Shown: piece after piece, positions 50,958 to 64,000 of the stretch
Layout of the letters: the number at the start of each line of letters is the position of its first letter
Position numbering within the stretch: position 1 is the first letter of the stretch
Assembly (NCBI RefSeq): GCF_001194135.2
Contig: NC_068992.1
Span: 13,544,200-13,608,199, forward strand
Length of the DNA: 64,000 nt
Direction of reading: 5' to 3'
DNA from: Octopus bimaculoides
Taxonomy: Eukaryota
Position numbers and translations under genes: made by a program
The notes under the pieces: generated by a model
Told to the model about the DNA's origin: nothing
Databases searched by the model: none
Seen by the model: only the letters and a program-made list of their open reading frames with translations

Positions 50958-53459
50958 TGTGTGTGTTTTTCTGTGTTGGTATGTGTGTGTGTTTGAGTGT
51001 GTTGGTGTATGAGTGGTTGGGTGTGTGTATATGTGTCTTAGTAAATATGTGACTGTCTACTGTGCTTCTTTAGTACACTGCAGTCTGAATATTTTATGGA
51101 GAATTTTTATTTCGTCTGGGAGACATGTTTATATCGTTCTGGTAACAGGTTCACAATGTTAGAGTAGAATGTCTATCATTTGGCGTCAAGGAACTTCCAT
51201 ACACAGCCCATTTAATATGTCTATAATGCGCTATATATAGGCGTCAGGAAGGGTATTTCAGACAATTTTACACAATCATATATGTTTATCCGGTATTACG
51301 CTCTGTAATATTCCTTCTAGTTGTTTTTCCTATCGAGAAAACATCATTTTGCCATAAGGTAATTTGAAAAAAAGAAAAAAAAAATGATTAGAATTAGTGT
51401 GCAATATCACATTTATTTGGCATCCGCCATAATTTCAATTTTAGATTCGTAGGCAGTTAGAATTTTTCACCGATGACCAAAGTTTTTCGTGTTCTATTGC
51501 ATCACTGACAGATTGTACAAGATTTGGAAACATCACAGTTTTATTGAATAAAATTTTGAAAAATTTTGGAATTCCTCCCCATCTCACTCCGGACCGATTT
51601 GGGCCAATTTTTTTAAACTTAAAGACCACGGGATGAGCTTTTTCGGTAAATAAAAAAAAAATGTAAATATTTTCAGAGGAAAACCGGTACGATTCAAGGG
51701 AGATTTAGCTGTTGTTTCTAGTACGTACCAAACCACCCTCAGCTTTCGCTCTGACATGTATTGCTGTTCTCTGAATATTTTTCTCTCATTAAACATTTTA
51801 TGGAATGGTGATGCCTAAGTAACACATGTGTGGACCGTTGGTAGAATATACACAACCAAGAAATAGCAATTTCAATTTTTACCCCAAACTCAATGAAGCA
51901 AAGCCGAGTGTGCATGTAAGAAAAAACACTTTCTAACAGAAAAACATGCTATTAAAATGGGTTATCGTTTACATGCCATGTGGAGAAATTCCAGAAATGA
52001 CCATCTGAGGCTCTCCAATATTTAATTTATATATGGTAGCACGTCCTACTAAAATAACGTTGATATTTTGCTCAAAACATACCTTACCCCTTCTTACAAA
52101 AGAAATGTAACCCTCGATAATATTAGCCACGATAGAAAAAAAAGTTTTGATGAATAACATTGTGTCATGATCGGATTCCAGTTGCGAAAAAAAAAAGAAA
52201 AAAATAAGAAATGACAGTAATTGAGACAATGACAGTACATTCCTGTCCAGCCTTTTCATAGGAATGAGAAAATGTGAACTATATTTTCTACAAATAATAG
52301 TAGTGACATATTTAAGTAGAAAATGCTTGAAGTAGTCAGACAGAGACTCTACCTGAGAAACAAAAAATGTTTTGGTGATGGTTTGACTGCATGTGTTTAC
52401 GGATCTACTTCATCGTGTCCCACTTTGAGTTATTTTGCAGCTAAAGAAGCAACGGGTTATCATTCAAGAAGAATTTCTGTTTACTATGTTTACCAAGGGA
52501 CAATCACAATAATTCAAAGTTTTCAAAATGTGTCCCCATTATCCGTAGTAATATTAAACTATTATCAATGAAATACCAGTCTCAACTTATTTCCTGCAAA
52601 TTTGCCTAAATGATACGTATGTGTTTTTCTTGCTAAATAATGTGTAATAAAATAGGAAATGCAATCGAGAGTTTAGAATTTATGAGAAAACTTCTAGGAA
52701 TAAGTATGATTTTTTTTTTTACTAATAACGTATGGCGCATTATGTAACTTACTTTATTTAGGCATCTGTTAAAATATCATATTTCCTGTTAAAAGATATT
52801 AACGAATACAGGGAAAATATATTTCAATGTACTGACTCTTGGAATTCACAATTTAAAAATAATAACTTTAAACAGATTACTCTATGCAGTAACAAACATT
52901 CCACATAATAAATGGCAATAGGTCTACCCACAGAATTTTAATCATATTTGTAAAATAACTTCTTTTGGATAAATACAGATACAGATGGGTAATTCAAATA
53001 GAAGAACATTTTCAATTATTTTCTGTCACCAACGGGGATTTGAATTTAACTAGTTATTGAATTGAATGTGAACAAACAAAACATGAAAATTTATTATTTT
53101 TAGAGCTGAGAAGATACAAACTAAATCGATTCCATATTACCAGTTGCTGGTAAATATAAAAATAGCGATGCCAAAAAACGGCAGTACAGACTACACCAAA
53201 GTGTTTTATAGTATTATAGTAGCATATATAAGATATAGTATCTCATGAGGTAAACTCGCACAAAAATATAGCGATGCCAGTAAAATTTGAGCTTCAGTAT
53301 ATTTTTAGATATCTTACTGCCAAAGAAATGAATAAAAGTTTTGTTCGATGTTTTTTTTTGTTTTTGTTTTTCTACATACTAAAAAATATAGCCTATTTTT
53401 AACAAGTCACATCTGATTAAATTATCAGTACCAGTACATTTACTGTATGTCCATACACA

Positions 53460-53890
53460 GGCGCAGTTACGGCTACGCAGTAAATAGTTTGTTTCCCAGC
53501 TAGATGATTTCGAGGTTTGTCCCACTGCGTGACAACTTCGGCAATTGTCTTCTACTACAGCCTCGTGAGTGTATTTGATAGACGGAAACTGAAAGAAGCC
53601 AGTCGTATATGTATTTGGGCGTAAATATGCATAGCTGTCCAGTTGTGTGTGTATCTTTGTTTGTACTTTCGCACCAGCGCTTGACAACGGATGCGAGTTT
53701 GTTTCCGTCCCCGTAATATAGTAGTTCGGCAAAATTGACTGAAAGAAGACCGTCACAGATTACGAAGGAAGTACTTGACAGATTGACCGAAACAGATTAA
53801 GAAGAAAGTACTTTGTTTGATTTGTTCGACTAAAACACTTGAATCTGTGGTCCCAGCATGGACACAGCCTGAAACAAGTAAAGACTGAAA
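53460..53890 (+). mobile_element. SINE family C (tRNA head plus CORE-like domain), degenerate
   Basis: TCCCACTGCGTGACAACTTCGGCAATTGTCTTCTACTA is a CORE-like segment. GACGGAAACTGAAAGAAGCC body. The tail CCAGCATGG...TGAAACAAGTAAAAG is shared with 23686-23789. Confidence 0.75.
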
Positions 53891-54779
53891 TATATTATTT
53901 TTAAGTATTGATAGAATTCGAGGAGATGGCAAACGATGTGTATAGAATACTGATTGAATTAAGGAATGCTAAAATTATCTTCGTGCCATCCATCCTTCAC
54001 AAAAATCAAGCTCGCATCACATCACAACTCTAAGACAAACTAGTTATCTCAACTGACACTACTCTCTTTAACATCGTGTCCAGGATGAATATCTCCAACA
54101 AATTCTGAATGTGCCACATACATTCCGATACATACCTACAGATAATACATCATTAATCGAATGGCTATAGTACCGAAAGAATGATTGTTAGTGAATTATC
54201 ATTAAATATTTTTGCCAAGTGGTGTTATTGAGCTAGTCAATGGCTGGGACCAATTCAGGCCGAAACTTATCTAAGGATCAAAGTATTATGTAACTTAGTC
54301 GACTTCCTTCTTAGTTCCGAAATTTCATATGATAAGGAATGAACAATATTCGACAATCACCATAGCAACCTCTGTTCATGTCGTTGCTCAAACTATTTGA
54401 TTTCCCACCGCAATTATTTTTCGTGATACCTTTATATCAGAGAATGGAAATAGATCGGAAACTTTAAAATTGGCGTGTACTTAAAGGGAGAATAACTTGA
54501 AGAACAAGAGTAATTAAACAACTATGAGTTTATCTATAAATCAATAAATTTGATGAAACGTGCTGATGAATTTTCCCATTTAGTTTACGTAGGGTGATTG
54601 ACAGGTCTGCTGAAAATACCTGATCTAGCTGATTACGATAGGAAGTGGCTATTAGAGAAACTAAATGATTTCTGCATAAAGGGACAACATTTATTGTGAA
54701 ATATTAAGTCATGGCAAATTACTCCAGAGACATTCGAAACCATGGAAATGCATTTTATAATCTCAAAAATGCTAAATCT

Positions 54780-55150
54780 TCCATCTCATCAGCATAAATT
54801 CAAGCAAAGTTAATTTTTATGTAGAACATGTGAAGGTTGTGATAACTGTCGACATCATCCATGAAGTTTTGTTAAACTACGATTTCAGGAAAAGTCATGT
54901 TTCACATATAAGGGGAGATTGGACAGTGATTAATTGACAATGAAAAAAAGAAAATCATTTTACAACTACACGACAGTTCAGGTAATAACATTTGATATGG
55001 AACAGTAGGTACCCGTATTCTTAACAGCAGAACTGTAAAAACATTAGTATCGTAGATAATCAATTATCTGCTTTTGGGGAGGTGGAATATTTCTTCTATA
55101 TTTAAGCAAATGATTACGCATACTAGGTCAAAATTTGCGTCGTTCATTTA
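54780..55150 (+). pseudogene. Possible decayed mariner transposase remnant
   Basis: VDIIHEVL..DFRK...LT..K...VITFDMEQ*V resembles the mariner pattern IIHEHLGFRKV.ARWVP..LT...IVTGDETWV. Alignment by eye. Confidence 0.35.
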
Positions 55151-55904
55151 CAAAATAATTATAACAGCGATTCATAGTTTCTTGAAGAGTGACTGAAATC
55201 AACGGGGATGCCAGATATCAACTGAAATCAACGGAAATCCCGTTGAAAGTCTCCGTGGGAAGTAGGTGTATGTCATAGGAGTCAATTATGTAGAGATCAT
55301 TTGGAAACACTCTGTAACTGTACAATACAGAGAGAACAGAACATTTATATGTAAACCTAATATATCATAACACATCTAGTTGTTTCTGTTAGACCCCCTA
55401 GAAGATTCCAGTACATTTATTTCCTGTGAAGAATGCAGTACTTAAATGTTCGTGCATTTGTCATTCGATTGAGTGGGACTGGGATAGAACAGACGTTGCA
55501 TTGCCTGTCATCCTACTTCACAATGGCCAAAATGCCGAATCGTTAGCGTATTCATTTGCCACGGTTATTTAACTTAAGCAACTCTTTCATAAATATTCCT
55601 TTGTAGTAATTCTTATTGGCAGTTTTCCCGGATTCCTTATGTAACCCAATTTAAATTACGTGTTGTGTATATTATTGAATTCAATAATATACTCTATAGG
55701 TTCCAAAAGTTTAATAAGTTAACTTGAATTTAGTTTTACCAACTTATTTATCACCGACAACATGTTTGTCTGTGTTGCATTCCTAACTGCAACGTCTTTT
55801 AATTGCAACAAAATGCCTTGATATCTAAATACATTACGGTTGCATAAAGTCATCATAGTGAAACTGGAGGCTATGAATTCTGTCATATAAATTCAAAACT
55901 CGTT

Positions 55905-56085
55905 ATATATTGCAATTTTGGCGGAAGGCCAGTAATTTCGAACGAGTGGGTAAATCGATTATATCGACCCCAGCACTCAACTGGTACCCTTTTTATCAAC
56001 TCCAAAAGGATGAAAGGCAAAGGTGGAATTAGAACCCACAACGTAAAGACGGACGACATATCGCTAAACTCTTTGACCAGCAGGA
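55905..56085 (-). mobile_element. SINE family E
   Basis: Colinear with the other family E copies. Confidence 0.8.
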
Positions 56086-56693
56086 TAATATACTTCAAAT
56101 ATTAGCAACTGATATGTATCTTGGTGTCTACCACAGTGGATTCCTGCCTCCACACATGCACAAAGCTGATTTCTGTAACTCAAATTTTATTTTTGTTTAC
56201 CATTTTAGATTTAATTTCTTTACTTCTTTAATTATCCCATTTAGTTGTGATATTTCTCAAAGTGTAAATTGAAAGCAATATTAGATGAAACAAAGGAGAA
56301 ATCAATATATCTGAAAGTGGTTCTAAGATTGTTTTTGTAAAAAAATATTACGTTGTATATTGCATTAATAATTGTTGTTGACAGGTCTTGTCAGATTTGA
56401 CTTTAGCGTCTTTTAATTGAAGTGCATTTGTCTGGCTCATAAAACAATTAACGTCATGATCATCAACATTAATATTTCATCCTCCTAATAGTCTCTCGTC
56501 CTCCTCATCGTTATACTGTTCATCCTGCTCGTAAATTTCTTCACCATTACCAACACTACCACCACCACCACCATCATTGTCATCGTCACCATCATTATTA
56601 GAACCATCATACTCTTCATGATGCTTCTCAACCTTTTAATTTTCATCTTCAATGTTGTGCACATTATCACATTGTCGTCGTCGTCGTCTATAT

Positions 56694-56766
56694 CATCGCC
56701 GACATCCTCATCGCCGACATCCTCATCGCCGACATCCTCATCGCCGACATCCTCATCGACGACATC
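56694..56766. repeat. 15-bp tandem repeat (CATCGCCGACATCCT) x4+
   Basis: Directly visible within a CAT/CGT-rich low-complexity region. Confidence 0.9.
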
Positions 56767-57266
56767 GTTGTCATCATTATCGTCAGAATTATGACGAACG
56801 TCTTCAGAATCGCAGTGAACTTCATGAATTTCAAGACAGTCTCTTCACCGAAATTTAGTGGCTTCGAATCCCTGTATCAGCTGATAGTAAACTTGCAGGT
56901 AGATACAGGTGAAGCATTTCATTTACATTTGTAATGTGTTTTTTACTGATTACATAAACAGCATGGGGCAGCTATATTTATGTAGAATATTCTGAGCATT
57001 TAATTTGTTAATGTGGAAACCAAAGGACATTGTCTTTGACCATGCATTCGTTAAATGGCAAATTAAATAAAATAATGGTATAGAAAACAATAAACATGAA
57101 ATAACTGGAAAAGAGAGAGAGGGGATTAGTAACACCAATCGGTAGAAATAAGTTGACACGTAACTAAATTACTCCTTTTTATTACTGATGATCAATTTCC
57201 GAGTACGCTCAGTCTTTTATCTATAGTAACAATCAATCCGTTAATATATGTGTACGTCCGTGCCTG

Positions 57267-57308
<42 letters not shown>

Positions 57309-59545
57309 GTGTGTGCACGCGCGCATATGTGTGTGTGCCTGTCTGTCTGTCTGCATGTACGTCTGACTGGCTGGCTGTGTGCAATACGTAACTTTCTGTT
57401 CATAGAGAGATAGACGTTAGGCAATGTGAATCAAATTGGTTCAAATTTGCCCTGAGTTCTCATTTTTCAACGAAAACTCAGCATTTTCAAAGTTTTACTG
57501 TTATTCATGTTTCCGTTGACCCGATGCAGGATATAGCACAACATCGTTGAAGAGAAATGAACTGTGGACGCATGGATCATAGACAGCTATTCTCAGCGCA
57601 AATTTATCAGTATATAAATTTTTTGCAGTCGTCTAATCCACTACTTCTGCAATACGTTATATATTTCGTATGATTCTTATTTAGTAATTTCTTTTTCGTA
57701 TTCTTATTAAAACGAATATAATCAAATAAAACCATTATTAATTTTCTAATGATACTTATTTATATTAATATGTAACCGTAAATATTAACGCTCCATTTCG
57801 AAATATTTGTTATTGCATTTCCTAAAAAAAATATCAACAATATTATCATGTTTTACATTTTGAAGAATTGATATATATTCCTTCAGATATATCTGAAGAA
57901 AAATATTATAAAAATAAAAAAAAAAGAAAATTAATGGTTTGATGTTTTGCTGCAAATCACATTGAAACAGTATGTGTATTATTTGAGAAATATATTTTGC
58001 TTTGATCTCATGCCCAAATATTGGTCTCATTACTAATTTTGGATAATTTATCAAGTGGATAAATACGGCAAAGTATCAAATATATACAATGAAATAGATT
58101 GAACGCTACATAAAACAAAGACAGTGTAGAGTACATAGAACAAAAGAGGTTTTATGATATCATCGACATTCTTAATTTGATACTTCTGATAACTCATAAT
58201 AATATCGAGATTGAAAATGTAAATGAAAATTTGCCCTCTTTTGCGGCATTCATATGAAAATCGTAATTGATACAGTTGTTATATTCGTCCAAGGGTTGTC
58301 CTTACCCCCTCTCTTTATAGCTTATCTTAAACATTATATGTGTTACTCTTTTCGTTTCATTTATTTTTCGTATATTATTTTGCCTCCATAACTTCTATTA
58401 GACCATTTCTTTCTGGAATTTTTTTTTCACTTGTTTTCTTTCATGTTAATGTTGATTCAGCTGTTTTGTGATAATCACCATCATCAAAGTCTTCATTATC
58501 CTCACCATGACGAATGCTTTGTCTTTTCTTCTCCCTCCCTATTCTCATTTGTATCATTTCCGTTATCAATTCTATCCCAATCACTACCGCCAATTGTAGC
58601 AACAGCAACCAAATTATCAGCAAGACTAAAAGCTACTACTTCCTCCTCTTTTTACCGCATCAAATTTATCACCACCCAAGTCGTTTTCATCCACTCTTTC
58701 GTCTTCCTGCTGCCCGCGATACGATGGAGATAAAATGTTTCTGTGCTGCTGCTGCAACATCTGTATTCAATTGCGATTCAGTTCTCAGTCTTAACGTTTT
58801 TGACATAGATGTTACGAATTTTACTATTACCGCCAAGATGTTAATAACGGTGTAGACACCAGCGCATCTAAGTCTATGGCCTAGATTTAATATTCTTTTC
58901 TAACCGCTTTCTCTAATATTACTATGTAGTGACTTGTTTCCCCCGTAGATAAGCTTGTGCACATTTATCAGCAATGTCGACATTTGAATTCTCACTGCAA
59001 TATTCCTATATTCTGGTATTCTTTGTTAATGTATTTATTATTATGCAAGTTAGCTTTTCGCAACACAAAATCCATGTTATCGCACATTTCAAACTTTCCA
59101 GATGTCGATACTTTTGCTGAAACGGTGGAGCGGTAGATTACTCTGTCAACGGTTTATGACAGACAGATGCATCTTCAACAACGCGATTAAAATTTATGCA
59201 TAGTTAATCTAGAATTACTGTATGTCTCATTGCAGCTTGATTTTATTAGAATATTTATTATAGAATCGGTGCAAACTTCAAACTATATCACCCACTTTCA
59301 TAGTTAAAACTTCATCCTCAAGTAATTTCAGAAGATAAATTGTGCATTCTAGTTTAAACGGTGTGAATTTATCGTCCTGTCCTATTCGATAGTGGGAAAT
59401 TAATATCTAATTCTTCAGAGACTTGTGAAAAAACATTTAAAATGTCACGATGCCCAAGGGCATACAGGAATGTCTTCATAGTTCTGGGGCGAAATCACCA
59501 TGTTTTATCAATCACCATGTTTTATCAATACACAATACGAAAACG

Positions 59546-59547
<2 letters not shown>

Positions 59548-59625
<78 letters not shown>

Positions 59626-59715
59626 AATAATGAACTTCTAACTTGTTGTCTCTTGAGGTCTCTGGGTGAGACTTGGATCCAACTTGTACAAATGCAAAAC
59701 AAAAGTCAAACATAA

Positions 59716-59787
<72 letters not shown>
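59548..59787. repeat. Two (AAT)n arrays separated by an approximately 80-bp unique insert
   Basis: Directly visible. Confidence 0.9.
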
Positions 59788-59788
<1 letters not shown>

Positions 59789-60779
59789 TGTTTATGACTT
59801 TTGACATTAGTGCAAATTCGAAAAATGCGAATGCAGCGATATACATTCCATAACATCGTATTGAGTGCTTCGCACTTATTTAGATGAACGCTGCTGGAAA
59901 TATATATTGTAATAACGGCATCAGTTCCTGAATAGTCAAATTGTAAAGAAAGTCAGTAACGAACATTTTGAAATCAATATTATGAAATGTATATGCATCA
60001 TATATCGTAATTCGAACAATAGTCACTGTTTGTTTGTTGTTATTTATTTCAAAATAGCTTAAACTAACTGAATCATTTGCCACCTCAAAGAGGATGATTA
60101 CTTTGAATTTCCCTTGTGCGAAACAATAAAACAAAAGGCACGCTAGTATACGATTAGAAAACTTGGGGGCGATAAATTATTAAATTTCACATATCGAATC
60201 CAACACATACCTGCAAATTATGAAACAGTGATGAGTAACTTGAAGTAATTGCGGTTAAGTTTCAACTATCTGAAGGTATTATATTCTCAATGTTACAACA
60301 GGATCTACCTCTCTTCTGTAACAAAATCATCATATTGATTAGACCATGCAGAAAAATTAAGCAAGCAGTAAAATAGAACAGATTGGTAAAGAAGTTACAT
60401 GTCATTACTCGTCCATTGTATAATAAAGATATTTGGCATATATTAAATGAGTGAATATAAATTATTCAAGCTGGATTTGTATCCCTAGAGGTAAATATGA
60501 TTTCTATAAGAACTGCATGTTTAACATGACATTCATAATATATGGGAAGATCCAAGGTTTAGAGACTTCATAATTACTTGTGCAGAATTAATAAATATTT
60601 AAGTCCAATCTGCCAAAAGCCAACATCGTATATTCTTATAAAATTATGCCAACATGACAAGGAATAATGAATTTTGTAAACACTTAGTTGACTTAGAGAA
60701 GTATATACCTGGTAAATATTAATAAATGAATGTCGAAAGTAAGTAATGTATTTACTTGAAGTAGTTTTGTGAAGACATC

Positions 60780-61700
60780 TTGAGAATACGGTTGCATTAT
60801 CAAGCATAAAGTCAAAAGTATCACCGAAGACTTGCACGGTTACTAATTGCATTCGAACTCAGATAGACAGCTTCTCAAAATTGGTACTACGCCAGTCACC
60901 AGTTTCTTTCTGTTTCTGTGCATTTCTTCTCGCGTGGCGACTCTTATGCTGTATTACCAGGTATGTATGTTATGTAGAAATGAGTTCAACCTCCAAAATG
61001 TACGGGAAGTTAACTTAGACGCTCTGAAATTAGCAATTGAGTTAAATGAGACAAACCTGTAGGAACATATTGGAGGTTTTTGACGCACAAATTTGATAAA
61101 CCGTTTAATGCCGTCCTTGTGCAGTTTCTGGTTACTATCGATTGCTTCCATTCGTTTCTTTGCAATACTATAGAGAATTTTAGGAACCTCATTATGTCTC
61201 TATGTATAGCTTTCCCAACGCCGTTGAACAGTTAGATGGAATATGCCTTAGCATACCAACTTTTCCGCTACTAATTTTGTCATCATTCACTATTTTCCCT
61301 CTCATCAGATTGCCAGGGTATGCTAGTACATCATTGGTAATTGGAAAAGGAAACTCAACCGTGATGTGCCCCACCTCCATAACTCATCCCAACCACCTTC
61401 CTTTCGATAACCTATTCTTACCACTTGGTCATCTGATCTTACTGAGGTCATTATATCATATGCAGTTCCCTTTTCTCTGCATTCTTTGCTTTAAGACAGC
61501 TGCTGTCAGCGGCTCTGCGTTCCCTCTATCTCCTCGTCGAAAATGGCTTGAACGGATTGCAATCAACCTCATTCAAGTCACTTTCAATTGCTCCCAAAAT
61601 ATATCATTGCTATCGGTGTTCTAGCAATGCGAAAATGTCACCAGTTTCTTTCTTTGCACAACGTTTGCTAGCAGTTTTATTATTAGGCGAATTTTATCGC
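60780..61700 (-). pseudogene. Possible ancient LINE ORF2 remnant (CR1/L2-group linker to RT start)
   Basis: Frame pieces EVPKILYSIAKKR and RKKLVTGVVPILRSCLSE resemble the patterns PKxFYSYAKxK and CKxxLxxPLxILxRxSL. Many stops. Confidence 0.3.
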
Positions 61701-61785
61701 ATTTCTGCTATTTTTAACATCCTCAGCGTCTTCAAACTTCGAATAATTGATGCTATAAGTAGTTCAAGAGAAAGTATTTTCTGAT

Positions 61786-61840
61786 CTGTTAAGTGAACTG
61801 TTAAGTGAACTGTTAAGTGCTAAACGCTGATCTGTTAAGT
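61786..61840. repeat. 12-bp tandem repeat (CTGTTAAGTGAA) x3 plus a local duplication
   Basis: Directly visible. Confidence 0.85.
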
Positions 61841-61939
61841 ATTGAAGGAAGACCAAGCTATCTCCTGATATAAACACTGCACTTCTGCTCAATATTCTCC
61901 TTTCTAGAATGTGCTACTTCATATATCCTTTTCTACTCT

Positions 61940-62135
61940 ATGCACAAGGCCCTAAATTTTGGGCAGGGGCTAGTCGATGAGATCGACCCTAGCACGCAAC
62001 TGGTACTTAATTTTATCGACCCTGAAAGGATGAAAGGCAAAGTCGACCTCGGCGGAATTTGAACTTAGAGCGTAAAGACAGACGAAATACCGCTAAGCAT
62101 TTCGCCCAGCGTGCTAACGTTTCTGCCACCTCGAC
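61940..62135 (-). mobile_element. SINE family E, well-preserved copy
   Basis: GCACAAGGCC...GTCGACCTCGGCGGAATTTGAACTTAG...GCTAAGCATTTCGCCCAGCGTGCTAACG. Confidence 0.9.
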
Positions 62136-63679
62136 TTCATATATCAGCAGAGACCAAGCAATATGTGGTTATAGGCCAAACTGCAAACAACAGATCTTGT
62201 ATTTGCCTGGCAGTTTTAACCTGCCTATGGCTTTCAACCCATTCTCGGTTTGCGTCAGGATCTCTTCACCCTATTCCTCAAAGAGTCTTATAAAAAATTC
62301 CCCTGGCTAACTTTGTTGCGGCAAAGAAAATAATATGAAAATTCAGATTGTAAATGTACTTATATTCCATCATAATGATGCATGACTTAAAAAAAAAATC
62401 GTATCGCGTTATTAAATAATCAGTCTTCACAGAATGATTTTAATTAGACTATATTGTATTTGGATGAAAAATTATTAAAAATATAACAGATCAAATATGA
62501 TTTACGTAACTTCAAAGTAATTATTATTTTATTTAAATTTAATATTAATAAAAAGATTAAAATTTTAACAAAAAAAAAGAATAGAAAAAACGCTTCTAAA
62601 GATTTTTTTTTTTAAATAAAATATGCACTTGCGTTATTGAGGGAGAAAATAAAATTATAGAATTAAATCAGAAACCGTAAATTGAGCATGATACAATGAT
62701 TAATTCTAGGTAGAAACATTTCCTGCCAAATAGTATGAGAACATATAAGCTTCTTACACATAGCGATATATAAGCTCGCACACGCACACACACACTGACA
62801 TATGTATACATGGATATCGATGGAAGTAGACATTGAAGAATGTGTATGTGTGTGTGTGTCCCTCTCAATGTATAAATGTGGGGGATGCCCCATATGTAGG
62901 TGTATATAATTATCTGCATCTATATGTATGTGTATTTGTATATGTGTGTGTATGGTTGTTCGTGTATATACATGTATGAATGTGTAACCAAATGAATACG
63001 TATGTGTGAGTGAGTGTGTGTGTGTGTCTGCGTGTTATTTGCTCATTATGTTTATGCCAAATTTCGAAGTGAAATTTAACTTAAGGAATTCAATTACTGG
63101 AAGACACGAAAATTATTAACTACAGGAAGGATAGGATTTTGTATTCATCATTGTCTTCATTAAAAAAATTAATAGCTGGTTAGAGAAAGTGAGTTTGTGA
63201 ACGAAGTTTATTACAATTTGTCATCTCAGGTATCAGAAATTGCACGTGAATATGTCATTTATGAAGAAAATAAAAATAAAGGTTGGTTGAACAAAATGCA
63301 CTAGAAAATATGTATTTGAAATTTTTAAGTATACAGTACATAGATGTTAATGGAATGTCGATATATTATATAAATAACAAACAATAAAGTTATCTTTCAC
63401 TGTCCGTTTTGGTATAGGATCCAAATGCACTTGGAACAGACAATGCAGTCCTCCAAGAAACCATAATGGTGAAAGGTACGTAGGAACTAGTAACATAATA
63501 AACGTTTGTTTATCGTAATTTCTAATAAATCACTTACATATATACTCAAAACTTTCACACATACACAAACACACGAACACACACGCATACATGCAACCCG
63601 CATATACACATAAACACACTCACACAAACAGGCACACACACAAACACACACACGCAAAAAGCATAAACATACATATACA

Positions 63680-63712
<33 letters not shown>

Positions 63713-63810
63713 TGAATAAAAATAAATACAAAAAAACGGGTTTGTATGATCGTGTATAGATGAATTTAAATAAAATAATATATATATATGTGTATATATN
63801 NNNNNNNNNA

Positions 63811-64000
63811 TATATATATATGGGAGAATATACAAATAATAACAACAGACGAGGACAGGTGGTGTAAATAACAAAAGGATATATTAGTATGACGCTCGGG
63901 AATACGGAAAGTCTTTGACGTTTCGAGCTACGCTCTTCAACAGAAAGAATACGGAGACAAGGAGAAAAACACGGAGAAAAAAAATTGAATAGTGTTCAAC
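63811..64000 (-). mobile_element. Second copy of the hammerhead-bearing pLTR-like unit, running off the window end
   Basis: Reverse complement of about 5213-5398 with only about 2 differences. Abuts (TA)n and a gap. Confidence 0.75.
63912..63948 (-). ncRNA. Minimal type I hammerhead ribozyme motif (variant core CUGUUGA)
   Basis: Exact reverse complement of 5265-5301. Confidence 0.7.

Noticed and set aside
54545-54575. GATGAAACGTGCTGATGA hammerhead-like words (also 23205-23230)
   Set aside because: The core words are present but there are no complementary stems in the required order.
56694-56766. HRRHP peptide repeat, or CRISPR-like regular repeats here and at 44677 and 61786
   Set aside because: These are head-to-tail tandem repeats without spacers in eukaryotic low-complexity DNA, with no cas genes and no supporting gene structure.

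Overview
AT-rich, gap-ridden, microsatellite-saturated animal genomic DNA. The SINE families, the (AAT)n/(TA)n/(CA)n load and the N-gap pattern point to an Octopus-type cephalopod (inference from recalled repeat sequences, not a database search). I found no intact host gene. The listed ORFs are almost all microsatellite or N-gap artefacts, or decayed transposon pieces. Recognisable content: at least six tRNA-derived or SINE-like repeat families, plus decayed coding fragments of a Tx1/L1-type endonuclease, two R4/Dong-type reverse transcriptases, a Penelope-type reverse transcriptase, a Tc1/mariner (maT-like) transposase, a Helitron Pif1-type helicase and several weaker remnants. The most interesting signal is a set of short repeats abutting (TA)n tracts that fold into minimal type I hammerhead ribozymes with different stem sequences but the same architecture (5265-5301 +, 63912-63948 -, 24972-25014 -, 33353-33387 +). 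One lies next to a Penelope RT fragment. Two are about 99% identical and share an atypical CUGUUGA core. Several fold-back structures (2658-2752, 23571-23789, 38581-39132) are candidate dsRNA substrates.
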